64,000 nt of DNA from an uncultured Phycisphaerales bacterium (GTDB taxonomy: Bacteria; Planctomycetota; Phycisphaerae; Tepidisphaerales; Tepidisphaeraceae): contig CAVWLP010000003.1 of assembly GCA_963755915.1 (NCBI GenBank), positions 384,001-448,000 of the forward strand, in the 5' to 3' direction. Shown here piece after piece: positions 51,753-63,952 of the stretch. Below the pieces are notes generated by a model. That model saw nothing but the letters and a program-made list of their open reading frames with translations. It did not search any database and was not told where the DNA came from. The translations under genes were made by a program, and so were the position numbers. The first letter of the stretch is position 1. Each line of letters begins with the position of its first letter.

Positions 51753-54065
51753 TCAGGCCTTCTGCGTTTTGGCAGCCCACATTGTTTTGTAGGCGGATTC
51801 GATGTCCTGGGTGAAGGCGCGGGGGTTCATCAGGTTGGATTGGCGCATTTTTCTCTTAGCGATTGGCGGAGGTGGGAGAGGTGTGGGAGATCTTGCGCTA
51901 GTTGGGTGGCGATATCGATATAGTCGTCCGGGGATTTCGCGATGAGCTGGGGGAGATCGAGATTCGTCAGGTGGCTGGCGCCGGCGCGGGAGACGGGGGA
52001 ATTGCCCGGCAGGGTGATGACGGGGACGCCCATGAAGAGAGAGTCGAGGCTGGTGGTGTGGCCGTTGTAGGGGAAGGTGTCGAGGGTGATGTCGATCTGG
52101 TGGTAAAGGCGCAGATAGTCGGGCGCAGGGCTTGATTGGCGAAATTGATTCGGGCGGGGTTGATGCCTTGGGATTCGAACTTGGCCTGGAGGCGCGTGCG
52201 GGCGGAACCGCGCGGGGCGAGGATTAAAAGGCGGGAATTTTCGACTTTTTGGAGGAGGCGGGACCAGAGGGTGGTGACCTCGTCGTTGAGTTTGCAGAAA
52301 TTGTTCAGGGAGCCGAAGGTGATTTGGCCGGTCTCCATCGCGGGGAGAGCGTTTATCTGCGCGTCGCAATTGAACGTCATGGCCAGTTCGTCGTAGCACC
52401 AGAAGCTGGCGAGGCGGATGGGGGTTTCGGTGTAGTGCGGGTTGGCGGAATCCAGCGGATCGAGCTGGAGATCGGTGAGGCGGTAGTCCATTGCATTCAG
52501 GCCGGTGCCGGAAGGGTAGCCGGCGAAGGAGACCTGGATGGGGGCGGGGTTTGCGGCGAATGTCAGGAGACGATTGGAGCAAAGGTGCAGGGAGAGGTCG
52601 ATGAGGATGTCGATTTTGTCGGTGCGGATTTGAGCGGCCAGCGCGTCGTCGGTCATGGTGGCGGTGGTGCGCCAGTGGTCGGAGTAGGCCCAGAATTTTT
52701 CGGTGATGGAGTCTGTGCGCGGGGAGTCGTCGTAGCAGAAGATCTCGAATCGGCGGTGGTCGTGCTCGCGCAGGAGGGGGAGGATATTTAGGCCGACGAC
52801 GTGGTTGTTGAAGTTGGGGGAGACGTAGCCGATTCGCAACCGTGGTTCACTACCCCCTCCCCTGCCCTCCCCCGAAGTACCGGGGGCGGGGGTAAGAGTA
52901 AGAGTGGAAAGTGGCGCGTGGATGCGCTGCCATTCGGCTTGCTCGCGCAGGATTGTTTCGGGGTTGTGGTCGGGGTGGAAGTGAAGGAGGTAAATCAGGT
53001 TGCTGTGGGCGGCGTGATTGGGGCGAATTTCTATCGAGCGGTGCGCGGAAGTAATTGCTTCGTCCAGGCGGCCCTGATCTTTGAGCACCACCGCCAGGTT
53101 GGCGTGGGCTTCGGCGTAGTGGGGTTCCAGTTCGATGGCGCGGCGGTAGTGGGTTTCGGCGGAGTCGAGGTCGCCGGTATCGCGCAGGGCGTTGGCGAGA
53201 GTATTGTGGGCCTGCGGGAAATCGGGATTTAATTCCAGGGCGCGGGTGGCGACGGCGATGGAGTCTTTGAAATTGCCCGATTCCCAGAGGGCGACGGCGA
53301 GGTTGTTCCGGGCCTGGTGGAAATTGGGGTTCAGGTCGATCGCGCGGGTGTAGGCGGCGATCGATTCGGGAAGGCGGCCGAGGGATCGGAGGGTATTGGC
53401 GAGGTTGTTTTGGGTTTCGGCGTCGCTCGGGTGAAGGCGAAGGGAATGGCGGAGGGATATCAAAGATTCGCTAAGGTCGCCGAGTTCGCGCTGGGCGATG
53501 CCCAGGTTGGCGTGGGCCTGCGCGTAGTTTGGTTTCAGGGAGAGGGCGCGGCGGGAATGCGTAGCGGATTCTTCGAATTTGCCGGCGGCAAGGAGAGCGT
53601 TGGCGAGGTTGTTGTGGGCTTCAGGAAAATCGGGGTTCAGGCGGATCGCTTCGCGGAAGGCGGTGGTGGCTTCGGGGAGGCGGGATGCGGCGCGGAGGGC
53701 TACGCCGAGGTTGTTTTCGGCTTCGGCGAAGTTTGGGTTGAGCTCAATGGCGCGGGTGTAGGAAGCGATGGCGAGGGCGAGCTGGCCGAGGGATTTTGGA
53801 CGCGGCCGAGGGTTTCGAAGAAGGGGGCGGCGGGTTTCAGCTCTATCGCGCGGGTGATGAGGGGGATGGCTTTTTGAGGATCGTTCATCTGGGCGAGGAC
53901 GGCGCCTAGCAGATGCAGGGCATCGGGATTGCGGGGGTTGTCGTCGACGATCTGACGGAGGACGGCGGCGGCCTGGAGGAGGTGGCCAGCCTGGTAGTGG
54001 CGGAGGACGGTGCGCATGGGGTCGAGGGGAGCGTGCTCACCGGCGGGTGGGGACGGGGGGTGCAA
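51753..54065 (-). CDS. TPR + GT41 (O-GlcNAc transferase/SPINDLY-like) protein, about three frameshifts
   Basis: TPRs, RLRIGYVSPNF..HVVG, IDILIDLSLH, FGSLNNFCK, LDTFPYNGHTTSLDSLFMGVPVITL. Confidence 0.88.
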
Positions 54066-54155
54066 TTTGCTTTCAGACTGGCATAAACTCAAAATAGGTC
54101 CTGTTCGAAGTTTACTTATCGGCAGGCGAGCGGCGGATTCGAGAGAACTCCTTTT

Positions 54156-56860
54156 ATGACAAGATTCAGACTCATAACAGCGGCGGTTTTGACACTGGGG
54201 ATTTTGAGTTTTGAGAGGCAGGGTATGGGACAAACGACAGCGCCGTCGGAAGAAAACCCGGCGGTGGGCAACCTGGCGATCGTGGCGAGTGCGTCGACGT
54301 CGTATGTATCACCGGACCAGACGATTACGTCGATCAACAGCGGGTATGAGCCGCGGAATTCGCGGGATGCGTCGCACCGGGCGTATGGGAACTGGCCGAA
54401 GCTGGGGACGCAGTGGGTGGAGTATGACTGGACGCAGCCGATCAGCACGAACAAGATCGACGTTTACTGGTTCGCGGATGGGCAGGGAATTCGGTGCCGG
54501 GGAAATGCGAGCTGAAGTATTGGAACGGGACGGATTTTGTGCCGGTGGGCGATGCGCAGGGGCTGGGGGTGAGGCGGAATCGGTTTAACGTGACGACGTT
54601 TTCGGAAATAACGACGTCGAAGCTGCGGCTGGAGTTTGAGCCGGCGGCGAAGGGGCTGAATTTTTCGACCGGGATCTTGCAGTGGCGGGTTTTCGACAGC
54701 GGGAATTCGCCGGAGTTCGCGCCGCTTGTGACGGCCGGAGTGGACCGGGTGGTGATGGAGGGCGGGAAGACGTTTTTGAATGGGGTGGTACGGACGATAA
54801 AAGTGGAGTCGCCGCTGTTGGCCTGGTCGAAGGTCTCCGGGCCGGGGGATGTGACGTTTGAAAATGCCGGAGCGGCGAGTACATCCGCGACTTTTTCAAC
54901 GCCGGGGGATTACGTTTTGACATTGACGGCGAAGGATGGGGCGTTGTCCGGGTCGGATTCATTGCATGTGAAGGTGGATGGCCAGGAGGCGTTGGGAACG
55001 CCGCTGCAGCCGGTTTATGTGACGAGCTTTCAGATCAACAGCAAATTCTGGAACGATCGGATCAAGGCGGTGATCGTGAACTGGATACCGCATGTGTATA
55101 CCAAGCTTTCGGATCCGCAGTTGCCGGAGGGGGGAGAGAATAATTTTGTGCAGGCGGGGAACAAGCTGGCGGGGAGGCCGTTTACGTCGCGGCAGGGGCC
55201 GCCGTGGGCGGATGCGTATACGCATAACACCGTGGAGTCGATGTGTCTGGCGCTGATGGTGGACCCGCAGGGGGACCCAGAGATTATCGCGGCGCAAAAG
55301 GCGATGAAGGCGAAGCTGGCGGAATGGATTCCGGAGATTTTGTCGGCCCAGGAGCCGGACGGATATTTGCAGACGCGGTTCACGCTCGACCCGACGAATC
55401 CCCAGCACTGGAGCCCGCGGTTCCGCGGGGAACATGAGGGTTATACGGCCGGGTATTTCATCGAATCGGCAATCGCGTATTACCGTCTGACGGGCGGGTC
55501 GGACATGCGGATGTACAACGCGGCGAAGCGATTGGCGGATTGCTGGTATGACCATATCGGTCCGCCGCCGAAAAAGGCATGGTTTGACGGGCATGAGGAG
55601 TTAGAGCATGCGCTGGTGCGGTTCGCGGCGCTGGTGGACCAGGTGGAGGGGCCGGGGAAGGGAGATAAATATGTGCAGCTTGCGAAATTTCTGGTGAGCT
55701 GCCGAGGGGGCGGGTCGGAATATGACCAGTCTTATGCGCCGGCAATCGAGCAGTATGAGGCGGTGGGCCATGCGGTGCGCGCGGTTTATCTGTACACGGG
55801 AATGACGGACCTGGTTGCGCAGACGGGGGACTTGAATTACCAGAGCGCGGTGCAGTCGATCTGGAATGATCTTGTGAACCGGAAATATTACATCACAGGA
55901 GGCGTGGGGAGCGGAGAGACGGCGGAAGGGTTCGGAGCCGATTTTTCGCTGCCGAATACGTCGTATTGCGAATCGTGCTCGGGGTGCGGGGAATTGTTTT
56001 TTCAGCATGCGATGAACATCGCGTATCCCGATGCGAAGTATGCGGATCTGTTTGAAGAGACGCTGTATAACGCGATTCTGGGTGACCTGGATCTGGAGGG
56101 GAAGAACTTTTATTACGCAAATCCCCTCGAATCGCCGGAGGAGGGAGGGGCGAGATATCCGTGGCACAACTGCCCGTGCTGCGTGGGGAATATCTCGCGG
56201 ACGCTGCTGTCGCTGCCGACGTGGATTTACAGCACGGATTCGCAGGGGATTTATGTGAACCTGTACGTGGGGAGCACGATGACGATTCACAATGTCGCGG
56301 GAACGGACGTGCAGATGGTGCAGACGACGGATTATCCGTGGAGCGAAAAGGTGACCATCACGGTGAATCCGGCAACGCCGACGAATTTTACGATCCGGCT
56401 GAGGTTGCCTACGCGGGATGTGAGCGAGCTTTACAAGAGCACGCCGGGGGCGGATGGGATCACCAGCATCGCGGTGAATGGGGTGGGCATCGGCGAATCG
56501 ATTTCGGAACGCGGGTATCTGAGCCTGAATCAGACGTGGAAGGCTGGGGATAAGATCGAGCTGACGCTGCCGCTGGTTCCACAGCGGATAACGGCGGATG
56601 AGCGCGTGGCCGCGGATCGTGGGCGGGTGGCGCTGCGGTATGGGCCGCTGGTTTACAATATTGAGCATGTGGATAATGCGAATCTCGATGTGCCGCTGAA
56701 ATCGGATGCGGCGCTGACGGCGGTTTGGAGGCCGGATCTGCTCGGAGGCGTGGTGGCGATCAAGGGGACGTTCGCGGATAGGTCGCCGATGCTGGCGATA
56801 CCGAATTATGCGCGGTGCAATCGAGGGGGGGCGTCGATTGTTTGGATGAGGGGGGAATGA
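54156..56860 (+). CDS. GH127 beta-L-arabinofuranosidase-like protein with N-terminal discoidin/Ig-like domains, frameshift near 54495
   Basis: HEGY, GHEELE, GHAVRAVYLY, YCESC, CPCC, RGRVALRYGPLVY. Confidence 0.9.
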
Positions 56861-56943
56861 GGGGGAGAATGCCGATTGCCGATTGCCGAATTGGGGACTA
56901 ATGCGTGGAATCATCCGCGGCCCAAGTCGGACTCAATGAAGCC

Positions 56944-59900
56944 TCATCGCTTTTGCAGAAATTTTGCGTCTTTATTGTCGTTGGGCAGCGTTGACGTCGA
57001 TACGGCGGGCTGGGATGTGAAAACTGCGGCGGCATAGGTAACGCCAGCGCTTGAATTTGCCTTGGGGGCGGAGGTTAACTGAGTTGCTTCCGTACTGCTC
57101 GTGGCCGGCCAACTATCGCCCTGGCCGAAATTAGCGGCCAGGGCGCTGAAATCGGCGCCGTTGACGGCGGAAGAGAACAGGAAATTTCCCTGGTCCCAGT
57201 TGGTGACGCCTTTGCCGAAATTGGCGGCGAGGATGCTGAAGTCGGAACCATTGACCGTGCCGTCGAGATTGGCGTCACCGAGCAAAGTGTATTTGACTTC
57301 GATTTGTCCGGAGGGAAGTCCGGCGACGACGCCATCGGCGCCGTCGGCCCAGCCTAGACTGTAGTTGGGCGTGAGGGAGATGGCCGAGCTTACGATGCCG
57401 GGGCCGTTCCAGCCGCCGTTGTTAAAGCCGCTTCGCAGGGCGGCAACGATGCTGCTGATGGGATCAGAGCCGGGTGTGTACTGGATGAACATCACGTTGT
57501 CATTGAGGTCGAGCACGCCATTGGTCAGCGTCAGGGCTTGGAGGATCAGTTGATCCGGGGTGCCGATCGCCGTTGGCATTGCGACGGAGGCGCTTTTGAT
57601 GGTGAGGCTGCCGATGGCAATCGTCGGGTTGTTCGCCAGATCGAGGGTGCCATTGGTGACGGTGACCGTGGAGGCGGAGGTATTGGCGAAGGTCACCGGG
57701 GCGATTGGCGTGCCGAAAAAGTTCACGGCGTCGCCGGAAGCGGTGTCGGTGACCAGGATGGCGTTGAAACTGCTGTCGGCGAAAATCAGCTCGGTGGAGC
57801 CTTGGGTGACGATCGCGTTGCCGCCGCTGGTGGAGACGGTGATGGGGCCGGCCGAGCTGAGGTTTACATCGAGCGTTGAACCGTTGAGCGACGCAATGGG
57901 CGTGATCGTGACGTTGTTGTAAATGACGTTGACCAGTTCGCTATTGCTCTCGGAACAGGCGACCAATCCGACGACGGCGGTAGTTCCGATTGCGGGGTTA
58001 AAGATTGAACCAATGAGCGTCCAGTTTGTGCCGTTGGAGGAGTAGTAGCCGGTGAAAGTCCAGCCGGTGCGGACCAGGCGCACGTAGAGGGGGCCGGAAT
58101 ATGTGATGGTGGTGCCAACCTGGGCGGTGGTTGCGCCATAGCCGTTGCGGTAGAGCATTTGGATGCCCAGGCCATCGGAATAGACGAGCTCGACGAACGG
58201 TGAATTGGCGCCAACCGAGCCGCGGAACATCACACCGCCCTGGGCGCCGGAAGGCTGGGTGCCGTCGGTGGCGACGAGGGGGGTTGGAAATGATGCGACG
58301 ATCGATGCCGGGCCGGTCACGGATTGGTAATCGAACTGGAACTGGTCGCTGGTGCCGCCGATTTCGGAGCCGGAGCCGGTGATGGTGTAGACGCCGTTGT
58401 TAAAGCTGCCGCTGCCGGCGAGGGTGGGTGATCCGATGTCGCCCGAGTGCCACGGCGGCGGCAATGTGGTGGCTTCAGTGATTGACACGTTGCTGAATCC
58501 GATACTGACCAGCTTGGAATTGTTGTGTGAATTGGCGACGAGTCCGACGGCGGCGGTGCTTCCGATCGCGGGGTTAAAGATCGAACCGATGAGCGTCCAG
58601 GTTGTGCCGGTCGTGGAGTAGTAGCCGGTAAAGGTCGAGCCGGTCCGGTCGAGGCGTACGTACAGCGTGCCGCCGCTAAATGAGACGTCGCTGATCTCCG
58701 CGGCCGCGGTTCCATCGCCGTTGCGATAGAGCATTTGAATGCCCTGGCCATTGATGTAAGCAACTTCGACGAACGACGCATCGGCGCTGCCGGAGCTGCG
58801 GAACATCACACCGCCCTGGGCCAAAAGAGGTTGGGTGCCATCGGTGGCGAGGAGGGGCGTTGCCAGCGACGCGACGATCGACGCAGCGCCGGTTACTGCC
58901 TGGTAGTCGAACTGGAACTGGTCGCTGGTGCTGCCGATATGGGAACCGGAGCCTGTGACGGTAAAGACGCCGTTGCTAAAGCTGGAGCTGCCGGGAAGGG
59001 AGGGCGATCCGATGTCAAGCGACTGCCAGCCGGTTACGGCCACGGTGGCTGAGTTACTGGCGCCGGTTGAATAGGCGCCGGAGATGGCGACGACGCGGTA
59101 AACGAATGAACCGGCGATCGTGTCGTCGTAAGTGTCGTTGGAATTGTTGACGTACGCCAGCGTAGTCCAGTTGGTGGTTCCCGCGGGGGCACGGTCGATG
59201 CGGAATTCAGTGGCGAGCGATGAATTGCTCGTCCAGGAGAGATGAATGTCGCCGGATGAGACGTAGGTGGCGGTCAGGTTCGTAGGGCGCTGAAGTAGGC
59301 GGGGTTGGAATCTAAATAGGACTCCCGCAGACCGTAGAAGCTCAAGCCGCCGCCGCGTGAGCCGGCGTATACCATGCCGTTGGCGACGGTGGGGACATGG
59401 AAGTGGAGGGTCCCGCCAAGCGCGTCGCCGGAAACGTCATTGGAACTGTACAGCGGAGCGCTGTTGAAGCTGTCGGGGTTAAATGCCAGCAGAGCGTCAC
59501 TACCCGGGTCCAGAGTCCAGGCGATGCCATCGGTGCCGTCATCATTGGAAATCACAAACGTGTTACCGGGGTAGCCAAAGCTGAAGTTTGTGTTGATCGG
59601 CGTGGCGTCGCCGGCCATTAATTGGTCGAGGTTTAGTTCGATTGAATCGTGGTTGGCAACACCGAGATAAACATTGCCATCGTAATAGGCAGCTGACGTG
59701 TAGAGCTGCGCACCACCCTTATTCAAACCGTTGTTGGCATATTCAGCGACGACATGGTCATAGGCAGACGGGTCGGGATTGGAGCCGTTCAGGGGGTAGT
59801 TATAGTTGTATTTCCCCATGTTATCGCGATCGATGAGATAGATTCGCGATTCCTTGCCGCCGATCATGAGCATCGGATCGCCGGCGGCATCAAGGACGTT

Positions 59901-62504
59901 GTTTGGGAGGACGGTGACACCGCCGGATCCGAGATCCAGATCGTCGTCGTTTAGTGCGAGTTGATTGGCGGGGGTGAAATAGTCGGCGACTTTAAGACCC
60001 CAGCCGTTGCCATTCTGGTTGGTGGGGGAGCTGTTTGGGTCTACTTCAAGTTTCAGGACGCTGTCGCCGTAGTCGTTGTCGATGGGGAAACCATTGGCGT
60101 TAAAATTGGAGGGCTCGCCATTGAACGCGCCATTGCCGGTCGCGACATAGAGATAGGTGCCGTCGGTGGAGATGCCCGCACCCGACACCCAGATGCCGCC
60201 GAGTTGGTTATAAGGCTGGGATTCGCCGACGACTGACACTGGTTCATAGGTTGGCGTGGTGACGAAAGCGGCGGTGAGCTGGAGGGTTGCGGCGCTGTAG
60301 CCGAGGACCCAGCCATAATATGGACCATTGTCGCCGTGGGATGCGAAACCGAGATAGACGTTGCCGTTGATCAGACTTACCGCGGTACGTTCCATCTGCT
60401 CGATGGCGTTGAAGGCGATGACGTAACCGGTGGCGCCGCCCGGTGCGGCGGTCCAACCATCGGTATCGGGGTAGGTGGGCTCGGGGGTGGTCGGGTCGTT
60501 GTTGCCGGTGCCGTCGACGATGGGGCCGGCGACGTAGGTGTATGGTCCGGCGGGCGGCCCCTCAACCACGCCGTTAGGCGCGATGGTGTCGCCGATGACT
60601 GCCGGACTCGTTGCTGGGTCGCCATTTTGAATGTGAATCGCCCACAAACGCTGGACGAAGTGCTTGCCATCCGAGCGGATTTCCTTGGTGTTGGCGTTGA
60701 GATAAATGATGCCGGTATTTGGATCGATGGCGGGCGTGGCCAGAATGCCGAGCTGGGGGCCGACATCGGGATTGTTGTTGATATCGCTTTGCTGGACCGT
60801 GGTGACGCCGGTGGTGGGGGTAAGAATGGTCGGATTGGTGATGTTGGTGAAGTTGTCGTGCCAAAGGATTACGCCGGTGTTGGCGTCGAGGGCGTACAAA
60901 CCATCCGCTTCCGTGGCCACGATGACGACGCTGTGAACGCCGGCATAGGGTCCGGTTGTAATGTCGACGTTCTGCTCGTAGAGCGGCTGAGCGATGACGT
61001 CGCCGCCGTCGAGTGCATCTGCGAACTGCTTGCCGAAATCCGTGGGATTTACATTGGTCGGCGTGAGGACGGTCTCCTGGTCGTTGTTGCCGTCGTTTGC
61101 CGAATCCACACCGTGGGTCACGATATTGACCGGCGCGGCGGGGCCCGGCGCCGTGGGCGAGGCAGTCTCTGTGTTTGATTCGGGGCCGCTGCCAACCGCG
61201 TTGACCGAGGTTACGTAATACGTGTAGGTGGTTCCATTTACCACGGTCGAGTCGGTGAAATAGTTGGACGTTAATCCTGAGCCGATTTCCATCGGGGTCG
61301 GATTCGCGGCAGTGTAGCGATAGACGTTGTAGCTGAGGGCGTTGGGATCGAGGTTCCAGTAAAACGTGACCGAACCGCTGATCACCAAGGGGGAAGCCAA
61401 CGTCGGCGCCGTTGTGGGCGGATTGACCGTGGCTGATTCGGTGTTCGACGCAGGGCCCGCTCCATACGCATTGGCCGATTCGACATAGTAGGTGTAGTTC
61501 ACTCCGGCTGAGATCGCGTCGTCGGTGTAGGTCAGCGACACGAGATTCGATGCAAGTTCCAATGGCGTGGGGTCCGACGGATCGGTTCGGAAAACATCGT
61601 ACGATGTGGCGTTGGGATCGTGGCTCCAGGTCAGCGTGTTCTGGCCGACGGATGTGATGGGATTGAGAGTCGGCGATGTTGTTGGGGCGGCAGTAACCGC
61701 CGGTTGGCCGGGGATGCCGGCGAGGTAATTGTTTTCAACGTCGGCCGCTGTGAGTGCGCCTGCCGAGATACGGAGCGAGGCGATATCGAGCGAACCATTC
61801 AAAGTCGGAGAGAAGCCACTGGCGGCGGTGTTCTGCGCGGCCAGATTGATCGGCAGCCCGCCGGTGGTATCGAGGGCGAGGCCAGTCGTGTACTGGAGAT
61901 AAAGCGATCCGTCCACATAGACATCTTCGTTGGTGCCGTCGTAGGTGAAGACCAGGTAATGCCAGTTGTTGGCCGCCGGGGCGCCGGAATTGGCTACACC
62001 CGGTGCTGCCTGCGTCCATTGGATATCATACTCAGGGCCCCAGAGGCCAACACCGTAGGTTGAGCCGAAGGAGAACGACTGATTGCTCCCGTCCGGTCCG
62101 CCGCGATTCGACCATGAGACCATCGTTTCTTCGGCGTTGTCGATCGTTGGGTTATCGACCCAGATTTCGATCGATCGACTGGCATTCCCGGTCAGGTCTG
62201 AAGGAGTGAGAAACGAGCTGGTGGCGGAATTAGAGCCGTTGAATTCGAGCGACTGGTAAGTGTAGCCGTTCGCGTCTTCCACGGGGCCAACCGTGACGCT
62301 GCCACCGACGGCGCTGAATGTCCCGCTCTGGTTGCCGGCGTTGGGAATCGAGGAGTAGGAACCATTGGCCAATTGTCCGGGAAGCACTTCGACTTCGACG
62401 GTGCCTTCGGCCGCCAGCAATGGTCCGGTGGAAAGGAGCCAGCGCTCTTCCAGTCTTTCGATGAAATAAGGGGATCGCCGGCGTCGACGCATTTTCTTCT
62501 CCAT
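56944..62504 (-). CDS. Very large secreted protein: LEPR-XLL-type leader, LamG, FN3 repeats, PQQ-like propeller, two lectin-like repeats, dockerin-like C-terminus; frameshift near 59285
   Basis: FIERLEERWLLS; LTW..ATSYDVFR; DLDLGSGG, GGKESRIYLIDRDNMG, FHVPTVANGMVY; duplicated DIGSP..DQFQFDYQ; GDANLDG. Confidence 0.85.
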
Positions 62505-62656
62505 GGGGACACTCCGGGGGGAAACCGATTAATCTATGTTTTAATTGCTGGCGCACGAGCGCAAATTCTCGGTCGCCTTATGAAGCGTTGCCGTGCATTT
62601 TGATTTCTCCCGAATCCTCAGTATACCCCCAAAGCCTAGCACGAATCGCAAATTAT

Positions 62657-62700
62657 TGCGCCATGCAGGACTTGAACCTGCAACCCGCTGATTAAGAGTC
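62657..62700 (-). tRNA. 3' fragment of tRNA-Lys(CTT); probable att-site duplication, not an intact gene
   Basis: Minus strand GACTCTTAATCAGCGGGTTGCAGGTTCAAGTCCTGCATGGCGCA: anticodon loop, T-arm and acceptor 3' strand present; no D-arm or 5' acceptor strand upstream. Confidence 0.88.
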
Positions 62701-62969
62701 GCTGCCGGTGCCCGCCGAAAAACACAAGAATCCCTCGGATTTTCCAGCATTTTATCAAAGTCCGAGAGTATTGCAAAACCGTATGTACGGTTTTGAGGAT
62801 TTGCAAGGGTTTACAGTAAGGCGCGAGGCGCAAAACCGTATGAGAAAAAGTGCGCGATTCACTGCAGACGATGTGCGATGCCAGCGCGGTGCATCGCGCC
62901 TTATGGTCAACGAAATTGGGTACGCGCTAACGGTGAGGGAAGTGAGAAGAATTGGGCGGCAAGATGCCG

Positions 62970-63314
62970 TTAGATGCTGACTCGGGCCAACTGCTGGCGT
63001 GCCGCTTCGATTTCGCGTGCGCGGTGCGCGGGCGTGCGAATTGTCTGAGCCTGCTTCCCGACGCGTTTAGCTGCGGCGACTTCGACGAAAAATTGCCTCA
63101 AATCGGATTCGGTGGTGCATGGCGTGCCTCCGACCCGGACCGTTTGTAACACGACGCCGGCCACGCCCCTAGTAGCCCATCGCCACAGACAGGTGTAGCT
63201 GAGTTTCGCGCCGCGCCGGCGGCGAGGCAGCCATTTCAAATTTGGGACGCTGGATAGCGGGAGAAGGTCGCTGGATTCGGATTCTCCGCCAGTCCAAGTT
63301 GATTCTGTACTCAT
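62970..63314 (-). CDS. DUF1580-like (excisionase-like winged helix) protein
   Basis: LSYTCLWRWATRGVAGVVLQTVRVGGTPCTTESDLRQF. Confidence 0.82.
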   Translation of the reverse strand: MSTESTWTGGESESSDLLPLSSVPNLKWLPRRRRGAKLSYTCLWRWATRGVAGVVLQTVRVGGTPCTTESDLRQFFVEVAAAKRVGKQAQTIRTPAHRAREIEAARQQLARVSI

Positions 63315-63607
63315 GGAGACTTCTCAAGGACAGAAACTCGGGGCACATTGCCGCCACCAGATGGTCGGCCATATTCTGCGCGTCATTCTAGTTATTACAG
63401 TTATTAAAGTCAACAATAATGAAATGCTACGGATGGGCGACGCGGGAGATATCTGTTTCCCGGGGGAGTTTTTGGATGTATAAAGCCAGAGACAAATCGG
63501 TCACTCCGCGTAAGTGCAGGCGTCACAGTTAATAACGTTAACAACATTATCTACTTGAATATGGAGCCGAATCGCCTACACTGTTGGGTTCATAGAAGGA
63601 GCAAAAC

Positions 63608-63835
63608 ATGGCACGTCCAAGGAAGGCCCCAGATCAGCAGGCGGAGCAACGCACTTATCGGTTCAACAAGCAGCTATTTGCGAAATTCGAGGATGACTGC
63701 GCTCGGCATTTGTCCAATCCCAAGTTGATCATCGAAGCCCTAATTTTGCACTGGATGGACTCCAAAACCAGCGTCCGGTCGGCGATCGCGGAGCGGCACC
63801 GCGAGCGGTTTGGCGTTGCTGGGGGCGAAGATTGA
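63608..63835 (+). CDS. Small putative DNA-binding (ribbon-helix-helix-like) protein
   Basis: AGGAG RBS; MARPRK..RTYRFNKQLFAKFEDDC..IIEALILHWM. Confidence 0.65.
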   Translation: MARPRKAPDQQAEQRTYRFNKQLFAKFEDDCARHLSNPKLIIEALILHWMDSKTSVRSAIAERHRERFGVAGGED

Positions 63836-63952
63836 AGCTGACGGCATATAGTTCCGTCGGCTTGGCAATAATCCCGACATTCCACCCGGATTATGTCACA
63901 CCCGGCTTTTTCCGGTCGTCAGTATGGCGGATACTTTAACTAGAGGATCGCC

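Noticed and set aside
62657..62730. Intact tRNA-Lys gene
   Set aside because: No D-arm or 5' acceptor strand upstream; only the 3' half is present.
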